From NCBI GenBank assembly GCA_963728205.1, contig CAVSIV010000001.1:1218372-1282371 (forward strand): 64,000 nucleotides of DNA. The letters are read 5' to 3'. The position numbers and the translations under genes were made by a program. Positions within the stretch are counted from its first letter, which is position 1. Each line of letters opens with the position of its first letter. The notes beneath the pieces are model-generated. The model did no database searches. It saw only the letters and a list, made by a program, of their open reading frames with translations, and was not told the DNA's origin. This document shows, piece after piece, positions 10,656 to 20,129 of this stretch. This DNA comes from an uncultured Chloroflexia bacterium (GTDB taxonomy: Bacteria > Chloroflexota > Dehalococcoidia > UBA2979).

Positions 10656-11302
10656 TCCTCCTCGGAGGCCTTGCGCGAGGCGAGCACCTCGTCGATGAGG
10701 CCGTACTCCTTGGCCTCGGCGGCCGAGAGGATCTTGTCGCGCTCGATGTCCCTGCGGACGTCTTCGACCGACCGACCGGTGTGCTTGGCGATCGTGGTCT
10801 CGAGCCACCCGCGCATCCGGATGATCTCGTTGGCCGCGATCTCGAGGTCGGAGGCCATGCCGCCGGCCCCCTCCATGGCGGGCTGGTGGATGAGCATGCG
10901 CGAGTTGGGCAGGGCGAACCGCTTCCCCTTGGCGCCGGCGCCGAGGAGGACGGCCGCGGCCGACGCGGCCTGGCCGATGACGAAGGTCTGCACGTCGGGG
11001 CGGATGTACTGCATCGTGTCGTAGATCGCCGTCATCGCGGTGAACGAGCCGCCCGGGCTGTTGATGTACATGAGGATGTCGCGGTCGGGATCCTGGGACT
11101 CGAGCACGATGAGCTGGGCGATGACGTCGTCGGCTGAGGCGTCGTCCACCTGGACCCCGAGGAAGATGATCCGGTCCTCGAAGAGCTTGGTGTAGGGGTC
11201 CTGGCGCTTCATCCCGTAGGACGTCCGCTCCTCGAACTGGGGCAGGATGTAGCGGCTCGACGGGGTCGGCAGGTGCAGGCGGCCGGTGAGGTCTGCGTTC
11301 AT
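10652..11302 (-). CDS. clpP2: ATP-dependent Clp protease proteolytic subunit 2
   Basis: [49 protein letters not shown]. Confidence 0.96.
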   Translation of the reverse strand: MNADLTGRLHLPTPSSRYILPQFEERTSYGMKRQDPYTKLFEDRIIFLGVQVDDASADDVIAQLIVLESQDPDRDILMYINSPGGSFTAMTAIYDTMQYIRPDVQTFVIGQAASAAAVLLGAGAKGKRFALPNSRMLIHQPAMEGAGGMASDLEIAANEIIRMRGWLETTIAKHTGRSVEDVRRDIERDKILSAAEAKEYGLIDEVLASRKASEEE

Positions 11303-11339
11303 CGGGCTGGGGTTCCTTCTGGGGTCGTCGGGTCGCTCG

Positions 11340-11966
11340 TCAGTTCGAGGTCAGGGGGTTCTTGGCACGCGGACCGGCCTGCGTGGACGTCGTGATGACG
11401 TGGTCGACGAAGCCGTACTCCTTGGCCTCCGCGGCGGTGAACCAGCGGTCGCGGTCGGAGTCCTTCTCGATCTGCTCGAGGCTCTGGCCGGTGTGCTCGG
11501 CGATGAGCTGGGCCATCTGCTTCTTGATGTGGAGCAGCTGCTCGGCCTGGATCTTGATGTCGCTGGCGGTGCCCCCGATGCCACCCGACGGCTGATGCAT
11601 CATCACCCGCGCGTGCGGGGTGGCGTAGCGCTTGCCGGGGGTGCCGGCGGACAGGAGGAACTGACCCATCGACGCGGCCATGCCCATCGCGACGGTGGCG
11701 ACGTCGTTGGGCACCCACTGCATCGTGTCGAAGATGGCCATCCCCGCCGTGACCGACCCACCAGGGCTGTTGATGTAGAGCCAGATGTCGGACTCGGGGT
11801 CCTCCGCGGCGAGGAGCAGCATCTGCGCACAGATCGCGTTGGCGTTGTCGTCGCGGACGTCCGAGCCGAGGAAGATGATCCGCTCCTTGAGGAGCCGGTT
11901 GTAGATGTGGTCGTCGAGGCCGAACTGCGGGTTCTCCCCCGCCGCGGTGATCTCGGTGCTGCTCAC
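11340..11966 (-). CDS. clpP1: ATP-dependent Clp protease proteolytic subunit 1
   Basis: [49 protein letters not shown]. Confidence 0.96.
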   Translation of the reverse strand: MSSTEITAAGENPQFGLDDHIYNRLLKERIIFLGSDVRDDNANAICAQMLLLAAEDPESDIWLYINSPGGSVTAGMAIFDTMQWVPNDVATVAMGMAASMGQFLLSAGTPGKRYATPHARVMMHQPSGGIGGTASDIKIQAEQLLHIKKQMAQLIAEHTGQSLEQIEKDSDRDRWFTAAEAKEYGFVDHVITTSTQAGPRAKNPLTSN

Positions 11967-12097
11967 GCTGTCTCGCTCCTTCGATGGCATCGGTGCCGCC
12001 GGCCGGTCCGTCGGCGCGGCATCGGGTGGAGCCGACGCCGTCCGCTGTCAGTGACCCTAACGCGGGGGGTTCCCCGGAAACTCCCCGGCCCCGGGCC

Positions 12098-12116
12098 TGT
12101 TCGCCGTGAGCACAAC
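12098..12116 (-). promoter_or_regulatory. Putative ClgR-binding site upstream of clpP1
   Basis: TGTTCGC-CGTGA-GCACAAC about 40 bp upstream of a TAGGGT -10-like hexamer (12054-12059, minus strand); ClgR activation of clpP1P2 is established in Actinobacteria. Confidence 0.6.
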
Positions 12117-12134
12117 GCGGCCCCGCCGGGTGGG

Positions 12135-13365
12135 TCACCCCTGAGCAGCCACCCGGCCACCGGCCTCCCGCACCGCGGGGAGAACGAGCTGGACGAGCAC
12201 GGCCATCGTGCCCACGGCGAGCAGGGCGTGCAGGACGCCGACGCGGTCGCCGAGGAAGCCGAGGATCGGCGGGCCGGCGATGAAGGCGAAGTAGCCGATC
12301 GTCGCGACGACCGACATCCGCGCCGGGGCGCGGACGGGGTCGTCCGCCGAGGCGCTCATCCCGACCGGGAAGCCGAGGGCGACCCCGAGCCCCCACAGCA
12401 CGGTGCCGGCATACGCGACCGCGACCGGGCCGTAGATCACGAGGAGCGAGCCGACGATGGCCATGCCGAAGCAGCCCGCGGAGCACGGGGACCCGCCCGT
12501 AGCGGTCGAGCACGGTGGTGCCGACGAGCCGACCGAGCGTCATCGAGGACAGGAACGCCGCGAAGGCGAGGACCCCGGCCCAGGCCGGGAGCCGGTGGCC
12601 ATCGACGAAGGCCACCGCCATCCAGTCGTTGGCGGTCCCTTCGGTGAATGCCGCGACGAGGGTGACGACACCGATGAGAAGCGTGCGTGGCTCGAGCCAC
12701 GCCGACCGATGACGTCGTGCTTGGCCGGCCGATGCCGCCGCGGTACTCGCGGCGCCGTCGTCCCCCTCGACGGACCGCGGGAGGAAGAGCCGCAGCGACC
12801 ACCACCCGCCGACGACGACGAGCGCGGCGATGGCGAGAAGATGGACGAGGATGGCGACCCGCGCCCACGACATCACCGATCCGATGAGCGCGCTGACCAC
12901 CGTTCCGGCGCTGAAGGCGGCGTGGAACCGCGGCATGACACTCCGGCCGAGGAGGCGCTCGACGGACGCGGCCTCGAGGTTCATCGCCACGTCCCAGACG
13001 CTGACCCCGATACCGAGGAGAAGCAGCCCGGCTGCGACGACGAGGCGTGAGTGCCAGAGGTCGATGCCGAGGCTGAGGGTGAGCGACCCGGTCGCCGCGA
13101 CGATCATCCCGCCGAGAATGGTCCGCACCACGCCGAACCGGTGGGCGATGCGACCGGCCGACGGAAGGGCGAGCAGCGACCCCAGGGCCGCGGCGAAGAG
13201 CGTGCCGCCGAGCTCGCCCGGGGTGAGATGGAGCTGTGCTTTGGCGTCAGCGATCCGCGACGCCCAGGCGGCGAACTCGATGCCCGCGAGCGCGAAGACC
13301 GCGAAGACCCCGTTGCGTGCGGCGAGGACCGCGGCGCGAGACGGAGCGAGCACCGACATGGGCAT
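12135..13365 (-). CDS. MFS transporter (frameshift near 12475)
   Basis: AAWASRI, WDVAMNLEA, MPRFHAAFSAG, EGTANDW, GPPILGFLGD; many TM segments. Confidence 0.85.
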
Positions 13366-13467
13366 ATTCGATCACCCTGCGCACGTCTAGGAGGGGTTGT
13401 CTCGTCGCCCGCCGCGGGGCGGACGCCTCGACGAGGGTCCACGGCGCGCCGAGGCGCGCCGGGGGGG

Positions 13468-14826
13468 TCAGGCCGAGGTGTCGCCCTCGGGCTCGCCCTC
13501 CGCGTCGACGGCGACCTGGTCCTCGGCGGCCTCCGCATCAGCATCTGCGGCGTCGGTGGACGAGGTGACTGCCTCGCTCAGGTCGATCCGCTCACCGGCG
13601 GTGTCGGTGACGACGGCCGTGTCGAGAACGGCCGCGAGCGCCTTGCGCCGGGCCACCTCGGCGACCATGGACGGGACCTGCCCCTGCTCGTCGATGAGCT
13701 GGGCGAACTGGTTCGGGTCCATGCCGTACTGCTGGGCGCTCATGACGAGGTACTCGATGAGCTCGGTCTGCTCGACCGAGACCTCGAACTTCTCGACGAG
13801 GGCATCGAGGAGGAACTGGGCGCGCAGCGCCTGCCGGGTGTTCTCGTCGACCTCGGCCCGGTGCTCGTCGTCCTCGAGGCGGTCCTCGCCCTCGAGGTGG
13901 CTGTGCACCTCGGCCTCGACGATCCCGTCGGGCACCGGGATCTCGGTGGTCGCGAGGAGGTGCTCGAGCACCTTGTCCCGGGCCTGGAGGGCCTGCCCAC
14001 GCTTCTTGGCCTCGGCCACCTGACGGGCAACGTCGGCCCGCAGCTCGGGGAGGGTGTCGAACTCCGACGCGAGCTGGGCGAAGTCGTCGTCGAGAGCGGG
14101 GAGCTCACGGACCTTGACCGAGCCGACGGTCACGGTGCAGTCGGCGTTCGTGCCCTCGTGGTCACCACCGGCGAGCGGGGCGACGAACTCCTTGGTCTCG
14201 CCGGCGCTCATCCCGACGAGGGCGTCGTCCATCCCCTCGAGCATGGTCCCGGAGCCGACCTCGTAGGAGACGCCGGAGACGGAGTCGATCTCGTCGCCGT
14301 CGATCGCCGCCGAGAGGTCGATGGAGACGAAGTCGCCGGTCTCGACGGGACGCTCGACTCCGGTCAGGGTCCCGAACCGCTCGCGCAGGTCGGTGAGCCG
14401 CTCGTCGATGTCCTCGTCCGTCGCCTCGACGGCGTCGACCGTCACGGCGATGCCAGCGGTCTCGGGGAGGGTGATCTCGGGTCGGACGTCGGTCTCGACG
14501 GTGAACTCGAGCTCCTGGCCGTCCTCGAGCGGAACGGCCGTGACGTCGACCTCGGGGTTGCCGATGGCCCGGATGCCCTCGGTGTCGACGGCCTGGCCGA
14601 AGAATCGCGGCAGGGCGGCGTTGACGGCCTCCTGGACGACAGCCCCGCGACCGACGCGCTGGTCGATGATGCGGGTCGGCACGTGGCCCCGGCGGAAGCC
14701 CGGGACCTGGATCTGCCCCCCGATCGTCGTGTACGCCGCGTCGAGGTCGGCCTTGAGCTCGTCGAACGGCACCTCGACATGGAGCTTGACCCGGGTCGGG
14801 CTGAGGGTCTCGACGGCACTCTTCAC
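13468..14826 (-). CDS. tig: Trigger factor
   Basis: VKSAVETLSPTRVKL, PGFRRG ribosome-binding motif, FKBP-like GDFVSID, LDDDFAQLASEFDT. Confidence 0.96.
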   Translation of the reverse strand: MKSAVETLSPTRVKLHVEVPFDELKADLDAAYTTIGGQIQVPGFRRGHVPTRIIDQRVGRGAVVQEAVNAALPRFFGQAVDTEGIRAIGNPEVDVTAVPLEDGQELEFTVETDVRPEITLPETAGIAVTVDAVEATDEDIDERLTDLRERFGTLTGVERPVETGDFVSIDLSAAIDGDEIDSVSGVSYEVGSGTMLEGMDDALVGMSAGETKEFVAPLAGGDHEGTNADCTVTVGSVKVRELPALDDDFAQLASEFDTLPELRADVARQVAEAKKRGQALQARDKVLEHLLATTEIPVPDGIVEAEVHSHLEGEDRLEDDEHRAEVDENTRQALRAQFLLDALVEKFEVSVEQTELIEYLVMSAQQYGMDPNQFAQLIDEQGQVPSMVAEVARRKALAAVLDTAVVTDTAGERIDLSEAVTSSTDAADADAEAAEDQVAVDAEGEPEGDTSA

Positions 14827-15010
14827 TTCAGGCACTCCGAACTGGCGGTTGGGGTCGGTCTGGGGTTCGGTCCGGCCACCGCGACCCGGGCCGGCCGGTG
14901 ACGAGGGTCCCGGCGCGGCCGGCATACCGGACCTGGGCAGGCACCGGCGCGCTGGCGTGCGACGCGGGAACCATGCTAGCGGGCGGGCCGCCCGAGGCCG
15001 AATCCCTCGT

Positions 15011-15445
15011 CTACCTCGCCGTCGGAGCCCAGCCGCCGTCCAGCCGGGCGGGCGGGTGGGTGCGCCGAGAACGGGCCCGCCCCCATGCACCCACGATGAG
15101 GAGGACGACCGCGGCGAGCGGCCAGATGCCGACGAAGCCGAGGTCGATCCAGCGGGTCACCTCGTTGATCCGACCCTCTCCGGGCCGGGCCGGGTCGACG
15201 AAGACCGTCGTCGGGACGGCAGTGGTGTCGGTGACACTCTGCTGGGGGTTGACGATCGTGTACTGGATGCCGTCCACCGAGTAGTAGACGAGACCGCGCA
15301 CCGATGAGCCCTGGATCTGCCGTCCGGTGAGGAAGACCGTGTCCACGGGCGACTGGAGCTCGAGCAGCAGGGCGAGGACTCCGACGACGAGAAGGACCAG
15401 AGCACCGATGCCGACCGGTCGAGAGACCATGCCTCGGACGACCAT
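15011..15445 (-). CDS. Small membrane protein with two TM segments flanking a beta-rich loop
   Basis: GIGALVLLVVGVLALLL...VYYSVDG...VFVDPARP...LGFVGIWPLAAVVLLIV; start uncertain. Confidence 0.55.
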   Translation of the reverse strand: MVVRGMVSRPVGIGALVLLVVGVLALLLELQSPVDTVFLTGRQIQGSSVRGLVYYSVDGIQYTIVNPQQSVTDTTAVPTTVFVDPARPGEGRINEVTRWIDLGFVGIWPLAAVVLLIVGAWGRARSRRTHPPARLDGGWAPTAR

Positions 15446-15537
15446 GCCTCGGACGATACGACGCGCCGCTGGGAGCACCGCGGTGGCGTCGGTCGCCGGT
15501 CGAGGTCGGGGGACGGGCCGGCGGTACGGTGTCCGGT

Positions 15538-16080
15538 ATGCCGTCCCCCGAGCGTCCGACCGGCACCGTGACCCCGCTGCAGTCCTTCCGGGTCACCATC
15601 GGGTCGGTCATGTCCGGGCTCGTCATCATGGCCGTGGTGTTCACCGCCGTCCTCGGCACGGCGGTGCCGCCGCTGTGGTGGCTGGTCGTCCCCCTCGTGC
15701 TGGGCGTCCTGGCCGAGAGCGCCATCACGACGGCCGGCTATCGGGTGGTGCCGATCCCGCCCGGCGCCGCACCCGAGGAGGCCGCCGGTCCGGCCAGGAT
15801 CCGCTTCCAGCGAAGCGCCGTGGTCCGGATGGCCATCGGTGAGTCCGTCGCGATCGTCTCGATCGTCCTGTCCTTCCTCAGCCGGCCGCAGAGTGTCCTC
15901 ACCTACCTCGTCGGGACGGTGGTCTCACTGGTCCTCCTGGGGCGGCACGTCTGGCCCAGCGCGGGGATGATCGACCGGACCGAGCGAGCCCTCGACGCGT
16001 CGGGCGGTCGATCGCATCTCGCCGACGTGCTCGCCGGTCGCGAGCCTGGGTCGAGCGCCCCGGGCTACGCGCAGCTCTAG
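15538..16080 (+). CDS. Hypothetical membrane protein
   Basis: About four hydrophobic segments; host-like codon usage. Confidence 0.65.
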   Translation: MPSPERPTGTVTPLQSFRVTIGSVMSGLVIMAVVFTAVLGTAVPPLWWLVVPLVLGVLAESAITTAGYRVVPIPPGAAPEEAAGPARIRFQRSAVVRMAIGESVAIVSIVLSFLSRPQSVLTYLVGTVVSLVLLGRHVWPSAGMIDRTERALDASGGRSHLADVLAGREPGSSAPGYAQL

Positions 16081-16098
16081 CCCGTCGCCGGCCGAGGG

Positions 16099-16354
16099 TC
16101 AGGCCGACTGCTCTGGGTCGAGGCGCTCGAGGATCCACGAACGGACGAGCGTCGAGGCCGGCAGGCCGGCGGCTCGTCGGCGACCTGCTGGACCCGGGCG
16201 TACTCCTCCGAGCTGGAGCCGAACCGGGTCACGCGCGGGAGCGGTCACGGTTCGGCCTGGTGAACCGAGCGCCCTCCGGATAGGGGTGGTCCTTAGTCTG
16301 CTCGGACTCCCGACGGAGCCGGTCGGCCAGCTCAGGGTCGATCGTCTTGGCCAT
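16099..16354 (-). CDS. Putative RHH/CopG-like antitoxin (frameshifted)
   Basis: MAKTIDPELADRLRRESEQTKD..RPNR continues across shifts to EEYARVQQVA..GLPASTLVRSWILERL; overlaps the upstream toxin-like gene. Confidence 0.6.
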
Positions 16355-16661
16355 CGTCACTCCCTTCTGTGTAATCGGGAAGGTCGTGCCCCGAGGCCGG
16401 CCAGGCGTTGAGGCCATGGAGGTCGCCGTCGAGGTCGCGGTAGGCGGTGACGACGAGAACCCGTCCGGCGCTCGTCGACTCTCCGATGAAACGTGAAGCC
16501 CCGATCCGGGACTTGGCATCTGGCTCGAACGCCACCAGGTCCGGGTCCGACAGCACCTCCTCGGTCCACTCGGGTTGGATGTTGATTCCGCCGGGGCAGC
16601 GGTCTGCTCTGCTTCGGATGTAGGTCGAGGAGACTTCATCCCAGTAGATCGGACCTGGCAT
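16332..16661 (-). CDS. Putative BrnT/RelE-fold toxin
   Basis: 109 aa; IYWDE...EEVLSDP...SRFIGES..GRVLVV..YR...NAWPA resembles BrnT-like toxins. Confidence 0.55.
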   Translation of the reverse strand: MPGPIYWDEVSSTYIRSRADRCPGGINIQPEWTEEVLSDPDLVAFEPDAKSRIGASRFIGESTSAGRVLVVTAYRDLDGDLHGLNAWPASGHDLPDYTEGSDDGQDDRP

Positions 16662-16738
16662 GGCTCACCGAATTACGCCGTAGTACGTCCAGGAGGTTGG
16701 ACGCGTGCGCCGTAGCTCCGGAGTCCGTTACCGCACGG

Positions 16739-16775
16739 ATCGCGGCATGGTCGGACGCCAGCCCCGACAACGGTC
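16739..16775 (+). repeat. Island boundary repeat, copy A
   Basis: atcgcggcatggtcggacgccagccccgacaacggtc. Confidence 0.8.
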
Positions 16776-16801
16776 GGGTGGAAGATCGGATGCGGTCGCG
16801 C

Positions 16802-17146
16802 TCAGCCGGGCGCCGGGCGCTCGGCGTCGACCGGGAGGCCCGCGATGCCGGTTGCGGTCACCAGGCGCAGTCGCTGGACGTCGACGCTCGTGACGTAGTC
16901 GTCAACGCGGTCGAGGAAGTACCGGGTCGTGGTCTGCGACTCGTGCTCGGCCAGGGCATCTTCGCTCGTGTAGAGCTCGTAGAAGATGCGGACGTCGGGC
17001 TCACCAGCGAGCGCGTGCACCGCGTAGGCCAACGTGCGGGGCTCGTGGGCGGCGATCCCCGCCACCGTGTCGCGCATCAACGCGTCGAACGCCTCGGCTC
17101 GCCCGGGCCTGAGCGCGAATCGGACCACCAAGCCGAACTGGGACAT
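16802..17146 (-). CDS. Antibiotic biosynthesis monooxygenase (ABM) family protein
   Basis: VVRFALRPG..EAF..EPRTLAY...FYELY...ALAEH; RBS GAGGAG. Confidence 0.85.
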   Translation of the reverse strand: MSQFGLVVRFALRPGRAEAFDALMRDTVAGIAAHEPRTLAYAVHALAGEPDVRIFYELYTSEDALAEHESQTTTRYFLDRVDDYVTSVDVQRLRLVTATGIAGLPVDAERPAPG

Positions 17147-17403
17147 CTGCTCCTCCTCGGTACGAGCAGACCCTCCCACGTCGGGGACTCCGGCACGGTG
17201 AGAATGGAGGCCGCCGCGCCGTCCAGGTCGGCACCCCGCGAGGCCGAACATCCCCGGCGAGGACCGAGGTCGGCAGTCGCGCGGCGCCGCCCCTCAGGTT
17301 CGGCACGCCGAAGCGCACCTACGTTCAGCCGTCCAAGGCAACTCCCGCCTAGCGCCGGGTCAACCCTGCGCGAGTGGAGATCAGCGCTGAGAACACCCGC
17401 GCG

Positions 17404-17442
17404 ATCCGCGGCATAAGAGGACGCTAGCGCCGACAGCGGCAT
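17404..17442 (+). repeat. Island boundary repeat, copy B
   Basis: atccgcggcataagaggacgctagcgccgacagcggcat; a further partial copy gacagcggcatttgggacg at 17471-17489. Confidence 0.8.
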
Positions 17443-17811
17443 GACCGTGCAACGGTATGCCGCCATGCCGGACAGCGGCATTTGGGACGTTCGGTGCGTC
17501 CGCAACCGATGCCCGATCTACCGTCCGGGGCGGGGCCTCGGTCCTATCGTGGTTCCGGACTCGACTCCCAGCAACGCGGCGCCAGCGGTTCGGCGCCGCG
17601 AGAGGTCGATGACGAGCCGAGGGCCCGGAGGTGGGGACGGCCGGCTGGAACACTCGGGTCGTGGACACGAGCGAGTGCCAAGACTGCGGCCACAGCCTCT
17701 CGGCTCACGGACCTGTCGCGTGCGCGGTCTGCTCGGCGGAGGAAAGTCGCGGAGAGCGAGCCATCGGCCACGTCTGTGGACTGACCCCCATCGATCCGAC
17801 CCGTCCAAGTG

Positions 17812-18045
17812 ATGAGCCGCGACGAGCAGACGGTTGCCATGTTCCTGTCCTTGCAGCGGCAATGGGGCCTGAATCTCGTGGTCATGGTTGCCTGTGCCGC
17901 CGTGTCGGGCTGCTCTACCTCTTCGATCCCGACCTCTCGTCCACCTGGTCTCGCGCAGCAGCGATCATCGTCCTTGTTGCTGGTCTTCTCGTCCTCACTG
18001 TGGCGACCGCTCGCTCACTCATCGAGCAGGGTGCAACATCAGTAG
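17812..18045 (+). pseudogene. Small membrane protein, frameshifted or fragmentary
   Basis: QWGLNLVVMVACAAV followed in another frame by GLLYLFD..AAAIIVLVAGLLVLTVA. Confidence 0.35.
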
Positions 18046-18080
18046 TGACACACCTCAACACTCGATTAGGGGTGAGTGTG

Positions 18081-18758
18081 ATGAAGGTGCCCACCAAAGG
18101 ACGGGCGTTGCTGAGCAGCGTGGTCGTCGTGCTGGCTGTGGCCACGGGGTGCTCGGCCGAGCCTGGAGTTTCCGATGACTACCAACGCCTCGAGCAGCAA
18201 TATTTCGAAGCGCAGGAGGAGGTCGCAGGGCTCGAGCAGGCGCTCGCCGCTTCGGCGGGCGTCGAGTTCACCGCCCTGCCCAAGAACGTCGTCAAGGTCT
18301 ACGGCGAGTACGCAGGATGTCTACCGAGGGTGCATGGGGAGGAGTCCCCAGACGGGATCAAGGTCTACAGCGGCGGGTTCTCGTGCCCGGGTGTGAGGTA
18401 CTCGGATCCACGCCTCAACGGTGATGTGGAGTTGACGCTGATCGGGGCGCGCTATGTCGACTACCTGCCGAACTCGAACATCCCCGAGACCGCGCGCTTC
18501 GAGTTCACCGCCGTGCTGACCACCAATGACGGTGAGCGGTGGAGTGGCGATGGATTCGGTGTCGACCTGTACGACGGCGAAGGAAAGATCCACACCGTGT
18601 ACTACAACGAGCTCGCGGGCAAGGGCAAGTATGACGGGTTGGTCTATCGCGAGTGGGCGATGCAGCAGCCCAGGGTGTACGACGGCACCGCGACAACGCT
18701 CTACGACGGGTATTTCGCCTCGGGGTGGATCGAGCAGATCCCGTCGACAGGTTCCTGA
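18081..18758 (+). CDS. Hypothetical lipoprotein
   Basis: Signal peptide ending in lipobox-like VATGC, short coiled coil YQRLEQQYFEAQEEVAGLEQAL, then a beta-rich domain. Confidence 0.7.
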   Translation: MKVPTKGRALLSSVVVVLAVATGCSAEPGVSDDYQRLEQQYFEAQEEVAGLEQALAASAGVEFTALPKNVVKVYGEYAGCLPRVHGEESPDGIKVYSGGFSCPGVRYSDPRLNGDVELTLIGARYVDYLPNSNIPETARFEFTAVLTTNDGERWSGDGFGVDLYDGEGKIHTVYYNELAGKGKYDGLVYREWAMQQPRVYDGTATTLYDGYFASGWIEQIPSTGS

Positions 18759-18866
18759 CCCCAGATCCGGGTGGCGCGTGGATAGCAGGGCCGGTGATGT
18801 CACCGTCGGCGACCCCGGGGCAAGGTCCGGTTCGGAGTGCGGGCTGCCGGTGGAGGTGGGGTCTGG

Positions 18867-19060
18867 TGGTGGTCGCGCTTCCCACCCCTGAGGATCTGGC
18901 CGAGATCCTGGCCTGTTCCCCGCAGGTGGTGGACACGGCCGCGGGGCCGATGGAGTATGCCGAGGCAGGGGAGGGCTCACCGTTGCTGTTCACCCACGGC
19001 GACATGAGCGCGCACATCGATTTGGCTTCGGCCTGCGGTCTGGGTGCAGCAAAGGCCTGA
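18867..19060 (+). pseudogene. Alpha/beta hydrolase N-terminal fragment
   Basis: VVDTAAGPMEYAEAGEGSPLLFTHG then an early stop. Confidence 0.5.
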
Positions 19061-19344
19061 GCGTGGTCGATGTGAGGACAGTGCAGCCGCGGCATCCGTG
19101 GGAGCTCGCCTTACCCTCGTATCGACTCATCTCCGGAGCGCTGGCGCTTGGAAGGCCTCTGGGTGTGCGGTCTGTTCTCGAACGTCGAGGTGGTGACGAC
19201 GAGGAGACTGTCGTGGCTCGCTACAACGATCTGATGGCGGTCATTCAGGGAGTCCTCCTGGGTCACGGACGATGTCCTAGCCCGCCTGCGCACGCTGGAA
19301 GCCGAAGATCCAGCGGCGGGCCGCCGCTGTGGGAGTCGGTGGTG

Positions 19345-19671
19345 ATGAGTAGCGGGGCCGCTGACGATGAACGGGTGATCGAGGCCTCACGCCGAGTTTG
19401 GGAAACCCTCGGACCGAACGCCTACGCAGTGCAGTTCAAGGCTCGCCCGCAGACCTGGCGAGGGTTTGTCGAGGGCCGCGGTTGGCTGGTGCTTGGCATG
19501 GCTGGCCTCGTGGTGATCGCGATCTTGGCGGATGAGGTCAACCAGCGATGGGGCTGGTACTGGCTCTTGGTGTTCCCTTGTTCATCGCGTGGCCGGCGCT
19601 GCTCTACATCGCCTTCAGGCGCAGGTATCGCGATCTTGAAGCGCGGGGTGGCAAGGAGCTTCCGCACCTGA
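19345..19671 (+). CDS. Small two-TM hypothetical protein (frameshifted)
   Basis: MSSGAADDERVIEASRRVW..WLVLGMAGLVVIAIL..WGWYWLLVFP continuing as LFIAWPALLYIAFRRRY. Confidence 0.5.
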   Translation: MSSGAADDERVIEASRRVWETLGPNAYAVQFKARPQTWRGFVEGRGWLVLGMAGLVVIAILADEVNQRWGWYWLLVFPCSSRGRRCSTSPSGAGIAILKRGVARSFRT

Positions 19672-19683
19672 ACCCCCTGACTC

Positions 19684-19702
19684 ATCGCGGCATGGTCGGA
19701 CG
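19684..19702 (+). repeat. Island boundary repeat, copy C (left half only)
   Basis: atcgcggcatggtcggacg, identical to the start of copy A, joined directly to antitoxin sequence. Confidence 0.75.
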
Positions 19703-19797
19703 AGGCGCACCGCCTGTCGGTGCTTGTGGCGGCCGCTGACCGCGCGAGTGACGACATGGAGTTCGTCGAGGCCGTCTCCGACGACTGGCCCGAATGA
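19699..19797 (+). pseudogene. MazE-like (DUF3018-type) antitoxin, C-terminal remnant
   Basis: DEAHRLSVLVAAADRASDDMEFVEAVSDDWPE*; ATGA overlap with the toxin; in-frame stop upstream at 19678 and no N-terminal half. Confidence 0.6.
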
Positions 19798-20120
19798 GAC
19801 GCGGCGACATCATCACCGTGGCCGATGGCGTCTATGCGAACAAGCCTCGGCCGGCGTTGATCGTCCAGGACGACCGGTTCGACGCGAGCGCGTCGCTGAC
19901 CGTGTGCCCCTTCACGAGCACGGAGACCGACGCGCCGCTGCTGCGGGTGCCGGTCACCGCTGACGAAGGGAACGGCTTGGACCAGGACGGCTTCTTGATG
20001 GTCGACAAGATCACCACGGTGCGCAGGGGCAATGCCCACGCAGTGATCGGGAGGCTGGAGGCCGCGACGTTGGTCGAGTTCGAGAGGCGCCTCCTCGTCT
20101 TCCTCGGCTTCGGCGACTGA
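19794..20120 (+). CDS. PemK/MazF family toxin
   Basis: MRRGDI...KPRPALIVQDD...TVCPFTS...LMVDKITTV...IGRL. Confidence 0.9.
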   Translation: MRRGDIITVADGVYANKPRPALIVQDDRFDASASLTVCPFTSTETDAPLLRVPVTADEGNGLDQDGFLMVDKITTVRRGNAHAVIGRLEAATLVEFERRLLVFLGFGD

Positions 20121-20129
20121 ACGCACCGC

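Noticed and set aside
15427-15456. 15-bp tandem duplication (accatgcctcggacg) partly resembling the reversed boundary repeat
   Set aside because: It has only two units and a short match without the palindromic core, so it was not counted as a copy.
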